From: an uncultured Acidobacteriota bacterium
GTDB taxonomy: Bacteria; Acidobacteriota; Terriglobia; Acidiferrales; UBA7541
NCBI GenBank assembly: GCA_963736725.1
Contig: CAVTPW010000007.1
Location: 83,387-147,386, forward strand
Direction: 5' to 3'
DNA: 64,000 nt
Shown: piece by piece, positions 41,600-51,725 of the stretch
How positions within the stretch are numbered: position 1 is the stretch's first letter
Layout of the letters: each line of letters starts with the position of its first letter
Position numbers and translations under genes: made by a program
Notes under the pieces: model-generated
Seen by the model: only the letters and a program-made list of their open reading frames with translations
What the model was told of the DNA's origin: nothing
Databases searched by the model: none

Positions 41600-42382
41600 A
41601 TGGTCAGCTACCGAAAACAGTATGGGGCGTTGCTGGAAGCGATTGCGAACGAAGCAGATGCCATGGCGATGGGATATTTTCGAGCTTTGGGCATGCGCGT
41701 CGAGAGGAAGGACGACGGAACGGCGTTGACCCAAGCCGATGGGGCGATTGAGGCTATGGCGCGGGCGAAGGTTGCCACGATCGGCGTGGCCCTGGATGTA
41801 CTTGGGGAAGAGATGGGTACCGGCGATGGAAAGTCGAAATCCTCGGGACGCGCGCGGTTGATCATCGACCCGATTGACGGCACCGAAGAATTCTCGCGGG
41901 GTATTCCCACCTTCGGAACGCTGCTGGGAATCGAGCGCGACAGAGAAATTGTCGCCGGAATGGTCAGCGCGCCTGCGCTGGGAACGCGTTGGTGGGCGTA
42001 TGGCGGCGAGGGAGCGTATCGGAACGGGCAGAGGATTCATGTGTCCAAGGTAAAATCGCTCGGCGAAGCCATGGTCTTTACTACCGGGACCGGGCCAAGC
42101 AAGGGGAAAGAAGCGAGAGAGAAAATCCGGCGATTGGCGGACGCGGCGCGCAATGGGCGAGCGCTCGGCGGATTCTGGCAGCATATGCTGGTGGCCGAAG
42201 GGGCCATTGATGCGGCGCTGGACTGGACGTCGAAGCCCTGGGATTTGGCGGCGCTGGGCATTATCGTTGAGGAGGCTGGTGGGCGATCGACGAATTTGCG
42301 CGGGGAACGGACAATCTATACGGGAGATTTTCTGAGTACGAATGGATTGATCCACGAGGAAGCGCTGGCATTGTTGCAGTGA
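41600..42382 (+). CDS. Inositol monophosphatase family protein (HisN-like)
   Basis: LGEE, IIDPIDGT, and PWDLAA metal-binding motifs. ATG 41600 follows a GGAGG RBS. Confidence 0.88.
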   Translation: MVSYRKQYGALLEAIANEADAMAMGYFRALGMRVERKDDGTALTQADGAIEAMARAKVATIGVALDVLGEEMGTGDGKSKSSGRARLIIDPIDGTEEFSRGIPTFGTLLGIERDREIVAGMVSAPALGTRWWAYGGEGAYRNGQRIHVSKVKSLGEAMVFTTGTGPSKGKEAREKIRRLADAARNGRALGGFWQHMLVAEGAIDAALDWTSKPWDLAALGIIVEEAGGRSTNLRGERTIYTGDFLSTNGLIHEEALALLQ

Positions 42383-42448
42383 GTCGCTTGATTGGATTCG
42401 TCTACGGAGCTGGCGGAGCACAATACGTTGCGGGTGATTGGCGCCGAG

Positions 42449-42488
42449 GTTCTTCGGGCATCCTCGTCGGATGCCCTCACGAATGACA
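42449..42488 (-). repeat. TGTC-tagged palindromic intergenic element
   Basis: Plus strand TTCTTC-GGGCATCC-TCGTC-GGATGCCC-TCACGAATGACA (8-bp perfect stem). Confidence 0.6.
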
Positions 42489-42516
42489 GTGGGGCAAGGT
42501 GGCGGCTGAGGAGATA

Positions 42517-43368
42517 ATGATGAATACACAAGCGCTAGCACGCAAAGCGGAACAGTTGCGGAAGCTGCATGGCGGGCCGCGGATTCTGGTGCTTCCGAAT
42601 GCCTGGGATGTGGCCAGCGCACGGATTGTCGAAGAGTTAGGATTCCCGGCGATCGCCACCACGAGCGCCGGAATTGCTGCTTCTCTCGGGTATCCGGATG
42701 GGCAGAAGATTTCTCGCGACGAGATGCTGGGGATGGTGGGACGAATCGCGCGAGCTGTGCGCGTGCCGGTGACCGCCGATCTGGAAGCGGGCTACGGCGT
42801 GACCGCTAAGGACATGATCGACACGGTGAAGGCGATGGTGGAGGCGGGTGCCGTCGGCATGAATCTCGAGGATGTGACCGGAAGCGACGAAAGCACGCAG
42901 GTGGAATTGAAGTTCCAGGTGGAAAAAATTCGCGCGATTCGCACAGTGGGCGAGTCGCTGGGCGTGCCCGTGGTATTGAATGCGCGGACCGACATTTACC
43001 TGATGCCGATTGGGCCCGTGGAAACGCGCTTCGATCGAACCGTGCAGCGGCTTCGCGCTTATCACGAGGCTGGAGCGGATTGCTTGTTTGTGCCGGGGCT
43101 AAGTAATGCCGAAACGATTGCGAAGTTGGTTCGAGCGTTGGGGGCGCCTTTGAACATTCTGTTGACGGCGGGTTCGCCCTCGCTGCCCGACCTGGAGAAA
43201 ATGGGGGTGGCGCGTGCGAGCACGGGTTCCGGCGTCATGCGGGCGACGCTGGGGTTGACGCGGCGCATCGCGAAGGAATTAAAGGAAACGGGAACATACA
43301 CGTCGATGCTTGAGGGAGCGGTGCCGTTCGCGGAAATGTGCGCCATGCTGGCTCGCGAGAAGCCCTAG
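42517..43368 (+). CDS. Isocitrate lyase/PEP phosphonomutase family protein
   Basis: PNAWDVASAR, ATTSAG, GYPDG, PVTADLEAGYG, GMNLED, LNARTD, GADCLFVPG. Confidence 0.9.
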   Translation: MMNTQALARKAEQLRKLHGGPRILVLPNAWDVASARIVEELGFPAIATTSAGIAASLGYPDGQKISRDEMLGMVGRIARAVRVPVTADLEAGYGVTAKDMIDTVKAMVEAGAVGMNLEDVTGSDESTQVELKFQVEKIRAIRTVGESLGVPVVLNARTDIYLMPIGPVETRFDRTVQRLRAYHEAGADCLFVPGLSNAETIAKLVRALGAPLNILLTAGSPSLPDLEKMGVARASTGSGVMRATLGLTRRIAKELKETGTYTSMLEGAVPFAEMCAMLAREKP

Positions 43369-43372
43369 CGCG

Positions 43373-44068
43373 ATGCCGGACGCCGCCGAGCTGCTGCAGG
43401 TATTGGACGAAGAAATCACCGCATGCCGGAAATGTCCGCGGCTGGTGGCCTACCGGGAATTGGTTTCGCGGGAGAAGCGGCGGGCGTATCGCGACTGGAC
43501 TTATTGGGGCAAGGGGGTGCCGGGGTTCGGAGACCCGCAGGCACAGCTGATGCTGGTCGGCCTCGCGCCCGGCGCGCACGGCTCAAATCGCACCGGGCGT
43601 CCATTCACTGGCGACAAATCCGGCGAGTTCTTGTACCAGGCGCTGTACGACGCGGGCTTCGCGAATCGGCCGGTGGCGGTAAACCGGGGCGACGGTTTGC
43701 AACTGCAAAATGCATACATCACGGCGGCGGCACGATGTGCACCTCCGGACAACAAACCGCTGCCGCAAGAACTCCTCAACTGTCGGCCCTACCTTGAGCG
43801 CGAACTGGAAATCCTGAAGCCGCGCGCAGTGCTCGCGCTTGGGAAAATCGGCTGGGACGTGTACCTCGGGATTCTCAAGCACCAGGGCTTGCTCCTTTCC
43901 CGAGCAACGTATCGGTTCGCGCACGGCGCGGAGGCAGATATTCCGGGAGCGGGGGCGCGGTTGTTTGGCGTCTATCACCCCAGCCAGCAAAACACCCAAA
44001 CCGGCAAGGTCACGCTCGCCATGTACGCCCAAGTCCTGCGCCGCATCCAGCGGTTCCTCGAAAAGTAG
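43373..44068 (+). CDS. Family 5 uracil-DNA glycosylase (Fe-S cluster, UDGb-like)
   Basis: CRKCPRL, GLAPGAHGSNRTGRPFTGD, RCAPPDNKP, NC, YHPSQQNT. ATG 43373. Confidence 0.92.
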   Translation: MPDAAELLQVLDEEITACRKCPRLVAYRELVSREKRRAYRDWTYWGKGVPGFGDPQAQLMLVGLAPGAHGSNRTGRPFTGDKSGEFLYQALYDAGFANRPVAVNRGDGLQLQNAYITAAARCAPPDNKPLPQELLNCRPYLERELEILKPRAVLALGKIGWDVYLGILKHQGLLLSRATYRFAHGAEADIPGAGARLFGVYHPSQQNTQTGKVTLAMYAQVLRRIQRFLEK

Positions 44069-44283
44069 GCAGAGCGGTTCTGTTGATGAAAGTGTCGGGA
44101 TCGGCTGGCGAGTGGTGTCAACGACCGACAGGGCGATTGTCCGGCTGTTTTCTTGGGGAGCGGGCCCGGTCTGACAACTGGCTGAATCCATTGCGTTTAT
44201 GTACCGCAAGAAAAAGGCGACGGTGGCGGCTGGAATGCTCCTGTCCAGGGTGTGGTCGTTGCCGATTACGCAAGGAGAGTCGC

Positions 44284-45048
44284 ATGACTGGCCCCAGGAT
44301 TAGATCACTTGCACGAAGCGCTGCAGCCGCGGCGGCATTGGCGTGGGGATTCGCGCTGCCAGCGCAAGAGCCTCCCCAACAGCGGGAACCCGCGGCGCCT
44401 ACCGATCCCAGTCAGCCAGCGACGCAATCGCAGGATCGCGTCGTCGCCAAAGCAGCCGATGGGCGGCGCAGCGCTGACCTGCCCGTAGAGGCGTACGCGG
44501 TGGTGCCGGGAACAAAGTTTCTGGTGCGGCTCGAAGAGGAACTCGATACCGGCGAGACGCGGCAAAACAGGGAATTCAAGGTGCGCACCTTGGAGCCGTT
44601 AGAAGCGGGCAGCGGGATTTATTTGCCGGCCGGAGCGGAGATTGCTGGCCATGTAAGCCGCGTGCAATCCGCGGGTATCACGGGGCGCGCGCGCATCTGG
44701 CTGACCTTTGACGACATTCACACCAGGTTTGGGAAACTGCCCATCGTGGCAGAGGTTGTCGGCGTACCCGGCGACCACAGCGTGAAGGCTGGGACCACGC
44801 AAGAGGGCCTGATCGAGGGACGCACCAGCACTCAGGAAGCTGCGGCTGAAGCGGCGGCAGCAGCTGCGGCGATCGGCGCCGCGAAGGGTGTGAAGGACAA
44901 AGACAAGAAGGAAGCCGCGGAGGGAGCCGCCGCGGCGGCCATCGCCGCGTACCTGTTGGAATCCGGCCGCGGCCACGAATTGGATTTGCCAAAGGGCGCG
45001 AAGCTGGAAGTGGAACTAGAGCGCGCGCTGTACCTAGTCAGAGAATGA
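44284..45048 (+). CDS. Secreted hypothetical protein, TrbI/VirB10-like beta domain
   Basis: AGGAG RBS and signal peptide; VVPGTKFLVRLEEELDT...ELDLPKGAKLEVELER. Paralog of 50710-51493. Confidence 0.7.
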   Translation: MTGPRIRSLARSAAAAAALAWGFALPAQEPPQQREPAAPTDPSQPATQSQDRVVAKAADGRRSADLPVEAYAVVPGTKFLVRLEEELDTGETRQNREFKVRTLEPLEAGSGIYLPAGAEIAGHVSRVQSAGITGRARIWLTFDDIHTRFGKLPIVAEVVGVPGDHSVKAGTTQEGLIEGRTSTQEAAAEAAAAAAAIGAAKGVKDKDKKEAAEGAAAAAIAAYLLESGRGHELDLPKGAKLEVELERALYLVRE

Positions 45049-45080
45049 TCCCGCCATTTTCGTGAAGTGCCAGACGTTGC

Positions 45081-45338
45081 AGGCATTTGGGCGATGTTTA
45101 TTGAGCAAGGACGCCCTGATTTGGCGGAGCCTTGTTGCCATGAGTCGCTTGGAATTTATCGTGCGCATGGTGACGGTCCCTCGCTCGATTTGGCCAACGC
45201 CGGTCGCAGCCTCGCGGTTCTCCGATGGAGCAAAACAGAACTCTGTGGGAAAAAGCGCGAGACCTCTGTACGACTTTGCGCATCGAGCCGGGAATTAAGG
45301 GAACCACCGGCCGGGTTATTGCCCTTTCGATAGCCTAA
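45081..45338 (+). pseudogene. Decayed TPR-protein remnant with two frame breaks
   Basis: RHLGDVY (45081-45101), shift, EQGRPDLAEPCCHESLGIYRAH...LDLANAGRSLAVL, shift, LWEKARDLCTTLRIEPGI...TAA 45336-45338. Helical TPR pattern; no start codon. Confidence 0.6.
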
Positions 45339-45492
45339 TGCGGCGACGATGGCTTTCTCCACGTACAGAAATAAAGCTGACCTAGCTGAAATTCCATCTG
45401 CTTGGCAAGTGGGACTGGGCTTGTTAGAGTCGAATGTCCGGCTTGCACGAAGTTTTGATCATGCAGGCCATCACGGGGAGAGGTTGAGCCGC

Positions 45493-46917
45493 ATGGGCGA
45501 AGAGACAAAAACGGCGGTGCGCGCGGTGGAAACCGGCGAGCGGAAGGACCGTGTTCTGATTGTCGAGGACGAAGACAACGCGCGGAAAGGCTACGAGCAA
45601 CTGCTGCAAAAGTGGGGATATGAAGTGCTCGGCGTTGCGGCCGCCGAGGAGGCGCTGGCGAAATTCGGAAATTTCCAGCCGGACACGCTGATTGCCGACG
45701 TCGAACTGCCGGGCATGAACGGGCTCGACCTGCTGAAGCAACTGGGCTCGGACCTGAACAACGTTCCGGCCATCATCATCACCGGCAAAGGAAGCGACGA
45801 ACGCGCGGTGGCGGCCATCGAAGCGGGGGCCTTCTGGTACATCGAAAAGCCGATGAAGGCGCCGGTGCTGAGGGCGCTGTTGGATCGTTGCCTGGAAAAG
45901 GCCCGTGACACTCGGCAACTCGCTGTGTTGCAGAGGCAATTGCGCGAAACCGGGCGGCTCGGCGACCTGGTGGGTGCGTCGAAGGGCATGCAGGAAGTGA
46001 TGCGCATTGTGGAGATGGCCGCGCCGAGCTCGGCGTCGGTGCTGATCACCGGCGAAACAGGATCCGGAAAAGAAATTGTGGCGCGCAGTATTCACAAATT
46101 GTCGCCGCGGGCGTCGGGGCCGTTTATAGCGATCAATTGCTCGGCGATTCCGGAAACTTTGATGGAGAGCGAGATTTTCGGGCACGAACGCGGGGCGTTC
46201 ACGGGCGCTGCGGAGCGGCGCATCGGCTGCTTCGAGCTGGCGGATGGCGGGACACTGTTGTTGGACGAAATCGGAGAGATGCCCGCGCCGACGCAGGCGA
46301 AACTACTGCGCGTGCTGGAAGACCGCAAAGTCCGGCGGCTGGGCAGCAAAAGTGAAACACCGGTGGATGTGCGGGTGCTGGCGGCGACGAACAAAGACCC
46401 GGAACAAGCGGTGGGAAACGGGCAGTTGCGCCAGGATCTGTTCTTCCGGCTGAACGTGTTTCACATTCACCTACCGCCGCTGCGGGATCACAAGGACGAT
46501 ATTCCGTTACTGGTGGAATACATCCTGCGGGATGTGAACGCCAAGCACGGCAAGCACGTAAGGGGCATTGGCACTGAGGTGGCCGACATTTTCATGAGCC
46601 ACACGTGGCCGGGGAACGTGCGCGAGCTGCGGAACGTGCTCGAGCGCTCCACGATCATGTGCGAGAAAGACCTGATCACTCGAAGCTGCTTGCCAGACGA
46701 GTTCGGCAAATCGCAGGCGAAGGGTCCAAGCGATTTGTCGACGATCAAGTTCCCCGTGGGCACGACGGTGGACGCGATGGAGCGTGAACTCATCCTGCAG
46801 ACCCTCAATGCCACTGGCAACAACAAAACACGCGCCGCAGATCTGTTGGGAATCAGCCTGAAAACATTGCACAATAAGTTGAAAGAATACGGTGGAGCGA
46901 ACGCCGAGGCGGAGTAG
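45493..46917 (+). CDS. sigma54-dependent response regulator (NtrC/AtoC family)
   Basis: Receiver VLIVEDE...LIADVELP; GETGSGKE; GAFTGA; LLLDEIG; WPGNVRELRN; Fis-type HTH. ATG 45493. Confidence 0.94.
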   Translation: MGEETKTAVRAVETGERKDRVLIVEDEDNARKGYEQLLQKWGYEVLGVAAAEEALAKFGNFQPDTLIADVELPGMNGLDLLKQLGSDLNNVPAIIITGKGSDERAVAAIEAGAFWYIEKPMKAPVLRALLDRCLEKARDTRQLAVLQRQLRETGRLGDLVGASKGMQEVMRIVEMAAPSSASVLITGETGSGKEIVARSIHKLSPRASGPFIAINCSAIPETLMESEIFGHERGAFTGAAERRIGCFELADGGTLLLDEIGEMPAPTQAKLLRVLEDRKVRRLGSKSETPVDVRVLAATNKDPEQAVGNGQLRQDLFFRLNVFHIHLPPLRDHKDDIPLLVEYILRDVNAKHGKHVRGIGTEVADIFMSHTWPGNVRELRNVLERSTIMCEKDLITRSCLPDEFGKSQAKGPSDLSTIKFPVGTTVDAMERELILQTLNATGNNKTRAADLLGISLKTLHNKLKEYGGANAEAE

Positions 46918-46926
46918 AGAGCCACA

Positions 46927-48783
46927 ATGCAGCTACGGCTGCGCACAAAACTTACGCTGGTGATGACCGGGCTGGTGCTCCTGGTCGTCGTCGTACTATC
47001 CGGGGTGTTCGTCGCGCAGCTCCTCGATCAAGTCCTGCAGCAAACCGACAAGCGAACCAATGAAATTGCCCATCAAGTATTTGACCAGGCACACCGTGCG
47101 CTCAACGACGCGGCCAACGAAGGACTGCGGCCCATCTCCGACAGCACCGAAGACATCCACGAATACGTCTGGCAGGCTTTCAAGATCGATGAAGGACTGC
47201 GCGCTCAATTGAAGGCGGCGAAGGATATACCTTCGATTTATGAGGTTTCGATCACCGACCGCGACGGTATGGTCCTGATTTCGACCGACGAGTCTCTGCA
47301 GGGAAAATTTCTTCCGCGGCGAACGCCACTCTCGCAGTTGACGCAGCGCGGATCCTTGCATCAAGTGAAAGTGCTGACCGGGCTGCCGAAGATTTACGAA
47401 CTGGATTTTCCGTTTACAAAGAGCGGGCAGCCGTTCGGCGAGGTTCGCGTGTCGGTGTCTTCGGCCCTTTTGCTGGCGGATATTTTGCCGAGCGTGCGGA
47501 AATTCGGAACCATCGTGCTGCTGGCATTGATCATCTCGACAGGACTCGCAGCGGTGGTGAGCGGGGCGACGCTGGCGCCTTTGCGCGGGATCTCCGATCA
47601 ACTCGACCGCATCTCCGCGGGACAATTTGACATGCCGGCGCCGGAAGTGCGCGGATTCGTGGGGGGCACCGACGAACTCGGTCAGGTGAGCCGCAAGATC
47701 ACGCAGGTGGGGCAGCAATTGCGCGGAGTACACGAAATTTTCAGCACCATGCGCGAGAACATGAATTCGGTGATGGCTGGAATGGAAGACGGCTTGCTGC
47801 TGTTCACTCGCGAAGCGCGCGCGGTGATGGTGAGTCCGGCGGCGGAGAAATTTCTGGGTGCGCCCGCCGGCGCTTTCCTGGGGCGCCGCATAAACGAAAT
47901 TTTCCCGGTAGGGCACCCGCTGCACGAAGTGCTGCAAGTACACGGCGACGAGTTGAGCGAGATCGCGGCGGAAACTGATTTGCAGACCATCGAAGGACCC
48001 AGGCGCGTCAGCGTCAGCGTGCAAGCCATCCAAGAAGACGGCGAACGCATGGGCGCACTGGTCACTTTGCGCGACCTCGACTCCATCGAAAGCATCAACA
48101 CGCAGTTGCAAGTAAGCGAGCGGCTGGCCGCGCTGGGCCGCATTACGGCAGGCGTCGCGCACGAGGTCAAAAACCCCCTGAACTCCATGCGGTTGTGGCT
48201 GGAAAATTTGAAGGAGTCCTTGCCGCCGGAGATGGACAGCAACGCGCAGCAAGCAGTCCAGGTACTCGACAAAGAGATCGACCGGCTGGACGCGGTGGTG
48301 AAGAGGTTCCTCGATTTCACGCGGCCGATGGAAGTGCGGCTGGAGGCTACGCAACTTGCCGACGTCTTGCGAGAAGTGATGGAGGTGGCGCAACCGCAGT
48401 TGCGCAAATCGAAAGTGGAAGTGGCGCAGCTTTTGCCGATCGATGTGCCGGAAGTTTACGTGGACCGCGGCTTGTTGAAGCAGGCGGTGCTGAATCTGGT
48501 ATTGAATGCGCTCGAGGCCATGCCCAGCGGCGGCCGATTGCATCTGATATTAAGCAGGCGAGGAGAAATGGCGGAAATCAGCGTGGGCGACACCGGAAAA
48601 GGAATTCCGCCAGAGAACAAGCAGAAGATTTTTCAGCTGTTTTTCACCACCCGGCCCGGAGGGAGCGGAATCGGGCTTGCAAGTACGTTCCGAATTGTAC
48701 AGCTCCACAACGGTTCGATAGACTTTACGTCGGAGGTCGGCCGCGGAACGACGTTTCGGATTGAATTACCGCTCGCGGCCTGA
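46927..48783 (+). CDS. Membrane sensor histidine kinase (periplasmic domain, HAMP, PAS, HisKA, HATPase)
   Basis: Two TM helices, VAHEVKNPL H-box, NLVLNA, DTGKGI, FFTTRPGGSGIGL. Confidence 0.94.
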   Translation: MQLRLRTKLTLVMTGLVLLVVVVLSGVFVAQLLDQVLQQTDKRTNEIAHQVFDQAHRALNDAANEGLRPISDSTEDIHEYVWQAFKIDEGLRAQLKAAKDIPSIYEVSITDRDGMVLISTDESLQGKFLPRRTPLSQLTQRGSLHQVKVLTGLPKIYELDFPFTKSGQPFGEVRVSVSSALLLADILPSVRKFGTIVLLALIISTGLAAVVSGATLAPLRGISDQLDRISAGQFDMPAPEVRGFVGGTDELGQVSRKITQVGQQLRGVHEIFSTMRENMNSVMAGMEDGLLLFTREARAVMVSPAAEKFLGAPAGAFLGRRINEIFPVGHPLHEVLQVHGDELSEIAAETDLQTIEGPRRVSVSVQAIQEDGERMGALVTLRDLDSIESINTQLQVSERLAALGRITAGVAHEVKNPLNSMRLWLENLKESLPPEMDSNAQQAVQVLDKEIDRLDAVVKRFLDFTRPMEVRLEATQLADVLREVMEVAQPQLRKSKVEVAQLLPIDVPEVYVDRGLLKQAVLNLVLNALEAMPSGGRLHLILSRRGEMAEISVGDTGKGIPPENKQKIFQLFFTTRPGGSGIGLASTFRIVQLHNGSIDFTSEVGRGTTFRIELPLAA

Positions 48784-48789
48784 TCATTG

Positions 48790-49393
48790 ATGACGCAGAG
48801 ATCGACCAAGTCCCGTGCCGGCTCGCGTTGGGCTCTCGCGCGCTTTTGGTACCTTGGGTTGTGCGCGTTGGGGGTGGTTTTCACTGGATGCGCGGCCCAG
48901 CAGCCGCCCAGAGCAAAAACGTTTCCGTGGGCTACCGTGAAATCGGTGCGACCCGTGCTGCCGAACCTTGCCGCGTCGTCTTCGGATGTCGTCGTGGTGG
49001 ATACCCTTGTGGAAGTTGAACTCGACGTGCCCCCGCCGCCGTCCCCGCTGGCAGGACAGTCAGAGCACGCCGCAACGGCCGCGCATGCCGGCCATTCCGC
49101 CGGGACCGAGCGCTTCCTCGCGCCCCGAACCGCCGCAGATCACGCCTCAATTGACGGCGGAAGAAACCGCGGCAGCACAGCAGCAAACAAATTTGAGTTT
49201 GAGTATTGCGGAACGAAACATCACGGCTTCGCAAGGCAGGGCGCTGAATGCCGCGCAATCGGATCTGGCTTCCAAGGTGCGCAGCTTTGTCACCGAGGCA
49301 CACGACGCAGCGCATGTCGGCGATTGGACACGCGCGAGCAATGCCGCCAAGAAAGCGCAAGTGCTTTCTGAAGAGCTGGCGCGCACGTTGTGA
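48790..49393 (+). pseudogene. Lipoprotein with +1 frameshift near 49050-49063 (real lesion or assembly error)
   Basis: Lipobox FTGC and Pro-rich linker lie in the 48787 frame. The helical C-terminus (PQITPQLTAEE...AKKAQVLSEELARTL) lies in the 48968 frame. Confidence 0.65.
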
Positions 49394-49496
49394 CGTCCTT
49401 CCATCTCGGAGCGATTGCCGAACCCAACTCGAAGGTTCCTTCGGCGTCCTGGCGCTCCCGGCGAGAACGAATACGTAAATGCGTTAGAATGCAATC

Positions 49497-50624
49497 ATGA
49501 AAATGTTTGACGTGCTGATCGCCGGCGGCGGGCTGATCGGCGGCGCGATCGCCCTGGAACTGGCGCAAGCCGGTTTTCGAGTCGGTGTGTATGAACGGGG
49601 CGAGCCGGGGCGCGAAGCATCCTGGGCAAGCGCGGGGATTTTATCGCCCGCGCCCGAAAGCCCGGGAATGATTCCGATTGTCCCGTTGGCGAAAGCCAGC
49701 ATGAGCCTTTACCCTGGTTTTGTTGCGAATGTAGAAGAACTTTCGGGCCAGCGCGTGGGTTTTCGACCTCTCGGAACGATGGACGCGCTATTTTCCCGTG
49801 AGGCTACCCGCGATTTGAGCACGTTAATCGCGCTGCATCACGGCCTGGGACTGAAAGCCGAGCCGCTGCGGCCCGAAGATGCACGCGAACTGGAACCGGC
49901 CCTCAGCCCCGACCTGGAAGCTGCGGCTTTGCGGCCGGAGGAAGCGTCCATCGACAATCGCGCCTTGACGCAGGCGGTGTTGCACGCGGCGCGGAAAAGT
50001 GGCGCGGAAATTTTCGCGGATCATGCGGTAGAGGCAATCTGCCGTGAAGGTGGGCGCTGTGCTGGCTTGAAGGTGCGCGGCGAAAATATCTTGGCGAAGT
50101 GGACGGTCATCGCCGCCGGGTGCTTTTCGGCGAATATTGGAGGAGCGGAAGCCTACGCTCCGGTGCGTCCGGCGAAGGGCCAAATGATTTCACTACGCGC
50201 GGATGCATTGAAAATAGAACGGGTGCTGTGGTCCGACAAGGTTTATTTGGTGCCGAGAAATGACGGACGAATTTTGGCGGGCGCCACGGTCGAGTACGTG
50301 GGCTTCGATAAGCATGTTACCGCCGGGGCCATGGAAAAAATTCTGTGCGCCGCCATCGAACTGGCGCCGGGCCTTGCGAACGCCCGAATCGAACAGACTT
50401 GGGCAGGCTTGCGTCCGGACTCTCCGGACCATTTGCCGATTTTGGGTTCAACCGATCTTGACGGCCTGTTGATGGCGACGGGCCATTTTCGCAGCGGCGT
50501 GTTACTTGCGCCGATCACGGCGAGGCGGATCCGCGAGTGGATTACAGAGCAACGCGTGAGCGTCGATTGCGAACGGTTGAGTCCGATGCGTTTTGCGACG
50601 GCGCGAAGAGAAACATCGGCTTAG
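49497..50624 (+). CDS. thiO: Glycine oxidase ThiO / DAO-family FAD oxidoreductase
   Basis: GGGLIG, ASWASAGILSP, PAKGQMI, YLVPRNDG, WAGLRP, GHFRSGVLLAP. Confidence 0.88.
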   Translation: MKMFDVLIAGGGLIGGAIALELAQAGFRVGVYERGEPGREASWASAGILSPAPESPGMIPIVPLAKASMSLYPGFVANVEELSGQRVGFRPLGTMDALFSREATRDLSTLIALHHGLGLKAEPLRPEDARELEPALSPDLEAAALRPEEASIDNRALTQAVLHAARKSGAEIFADHAVEAICREGGRCAGLKVRGENILAKWTVIAAGCFSANIGGAEAYAPVRPAKGQMISLRADALKIERVLWSDKVYLVPRNDGRILAGATVEYVGFDKHVTAGAMEKILCAAIELAPGLANARIEQTWAGLRPDSPDHLPILGSTDLDGLLMATGHFRSGVLLAPITARRIREWITEQRVSVDCERLSPMRFATARRETSA

Positions 50625-50709
50625 AGACCGCTACTGCAACCTGCCTTGCCTTGATCTTGCCGGCGTTTGCCTTGGGAGCGAGAGGCAACAAGGGTAACCG
50701 CCACTTCCG

Positions 50710-51493
50710 TTAGCGAGAGGGTGGCGGCGTGATGGGCGACGCCTGACCTACGTTGCTGTAGTGAATTTGGCTGCCGTCCAGCGCCAAGTCGTGCTCGAGC
50801 ACAACGTCGAGGGTTGAGCCGCGTGGCAACTCCGCTTCCGGGCCCCGCGTCAGAAGCACCGCGCCAAGTCCCACCAAACCGCCGGCTCCGGCGCCAATTC
50901 CGGCGCCCTTTGCTCCGGCGGCAATTGCGCCGATTCCTGCGCCCGTGGCCGTCGTGGTGGCTACGGTGCCCACGTCTTTGCCCTTGCCGCCGGGGCCGGT
51001 CATCTTTCCTTCCGAATCCATGGTTCCTTTACCGCCGCTGTCCGCGCTGCGGGGATCGGCATTCAAGTCGACGGTGTAGCCATTCGGGAAAATCAAGGTG
51101 TTGAGTTTCATGCGGAATTCGCCGCGGCCCTTGATGCGGCCAGGACGCTTGGATTCGATGAGTTCGCCGCGAAGGTAAGATCCGACGGGGATAACGATAT
51201 GGTTGTTCTGGGTGATCGGGAACGACGTACGGAAATAGACAGAATCGCCGGGTTTTGCGCCGCGGGTGGAGATGCCGTTCTCCAGGACAACGGCGAATCG
51301 CGTACCAGCGGGAACATTGATGGGTTGCGGCGGGGAGGCGTTGCGTGCGGCAGCAGGTTGCGTGGAGCGCGCCGCGGCGAGCGGGAGCGGAGGTTTGCGG
51401 GCCATCCGGTTCTTGCGATCGAGCAATACCGCCGGATGCGTCGCTGATCAACAATGCGGCCGATACGAGAAGGAGCGTGCGGGTGAGGTGCAT
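50710..51493 (-). pseudogene. Secreted TrbI/VirB10-like protein with +1 frameshift near 51379 (real lesion or assembly error)
   Basis: Signal peptide MHLTRTLLLVSAALLISDASGGIARSQ (ATG 51493) is in one frame. The body VPAGTRFAVVLENGIS...AELPRGSTLDVVLEH is in the frame of ORF 50710-51426. Confidence 0.65.
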
Positions 51494-51725
51494 TTCAGTT
51501 CTCCGTGCTGGTTGTGCGATGCCTGCGTGAAAGTTACCGATGCCCGTAGTATACGCGCCAACCTTAGCTGAATGGGATGCGGAAAATAAGGAGGGCGTTT
51601 TCCAGGCTTGCTCTTACCGAAGTACGTGCTTTTCTACAGCATCCCGTAGCTACGTTCCCAGGAGTTGAGGTTTGACCGTCGAATATGGCGGAGCTACGCT
51701 AGTTAGCGGCAAACAGGAGGAATGC

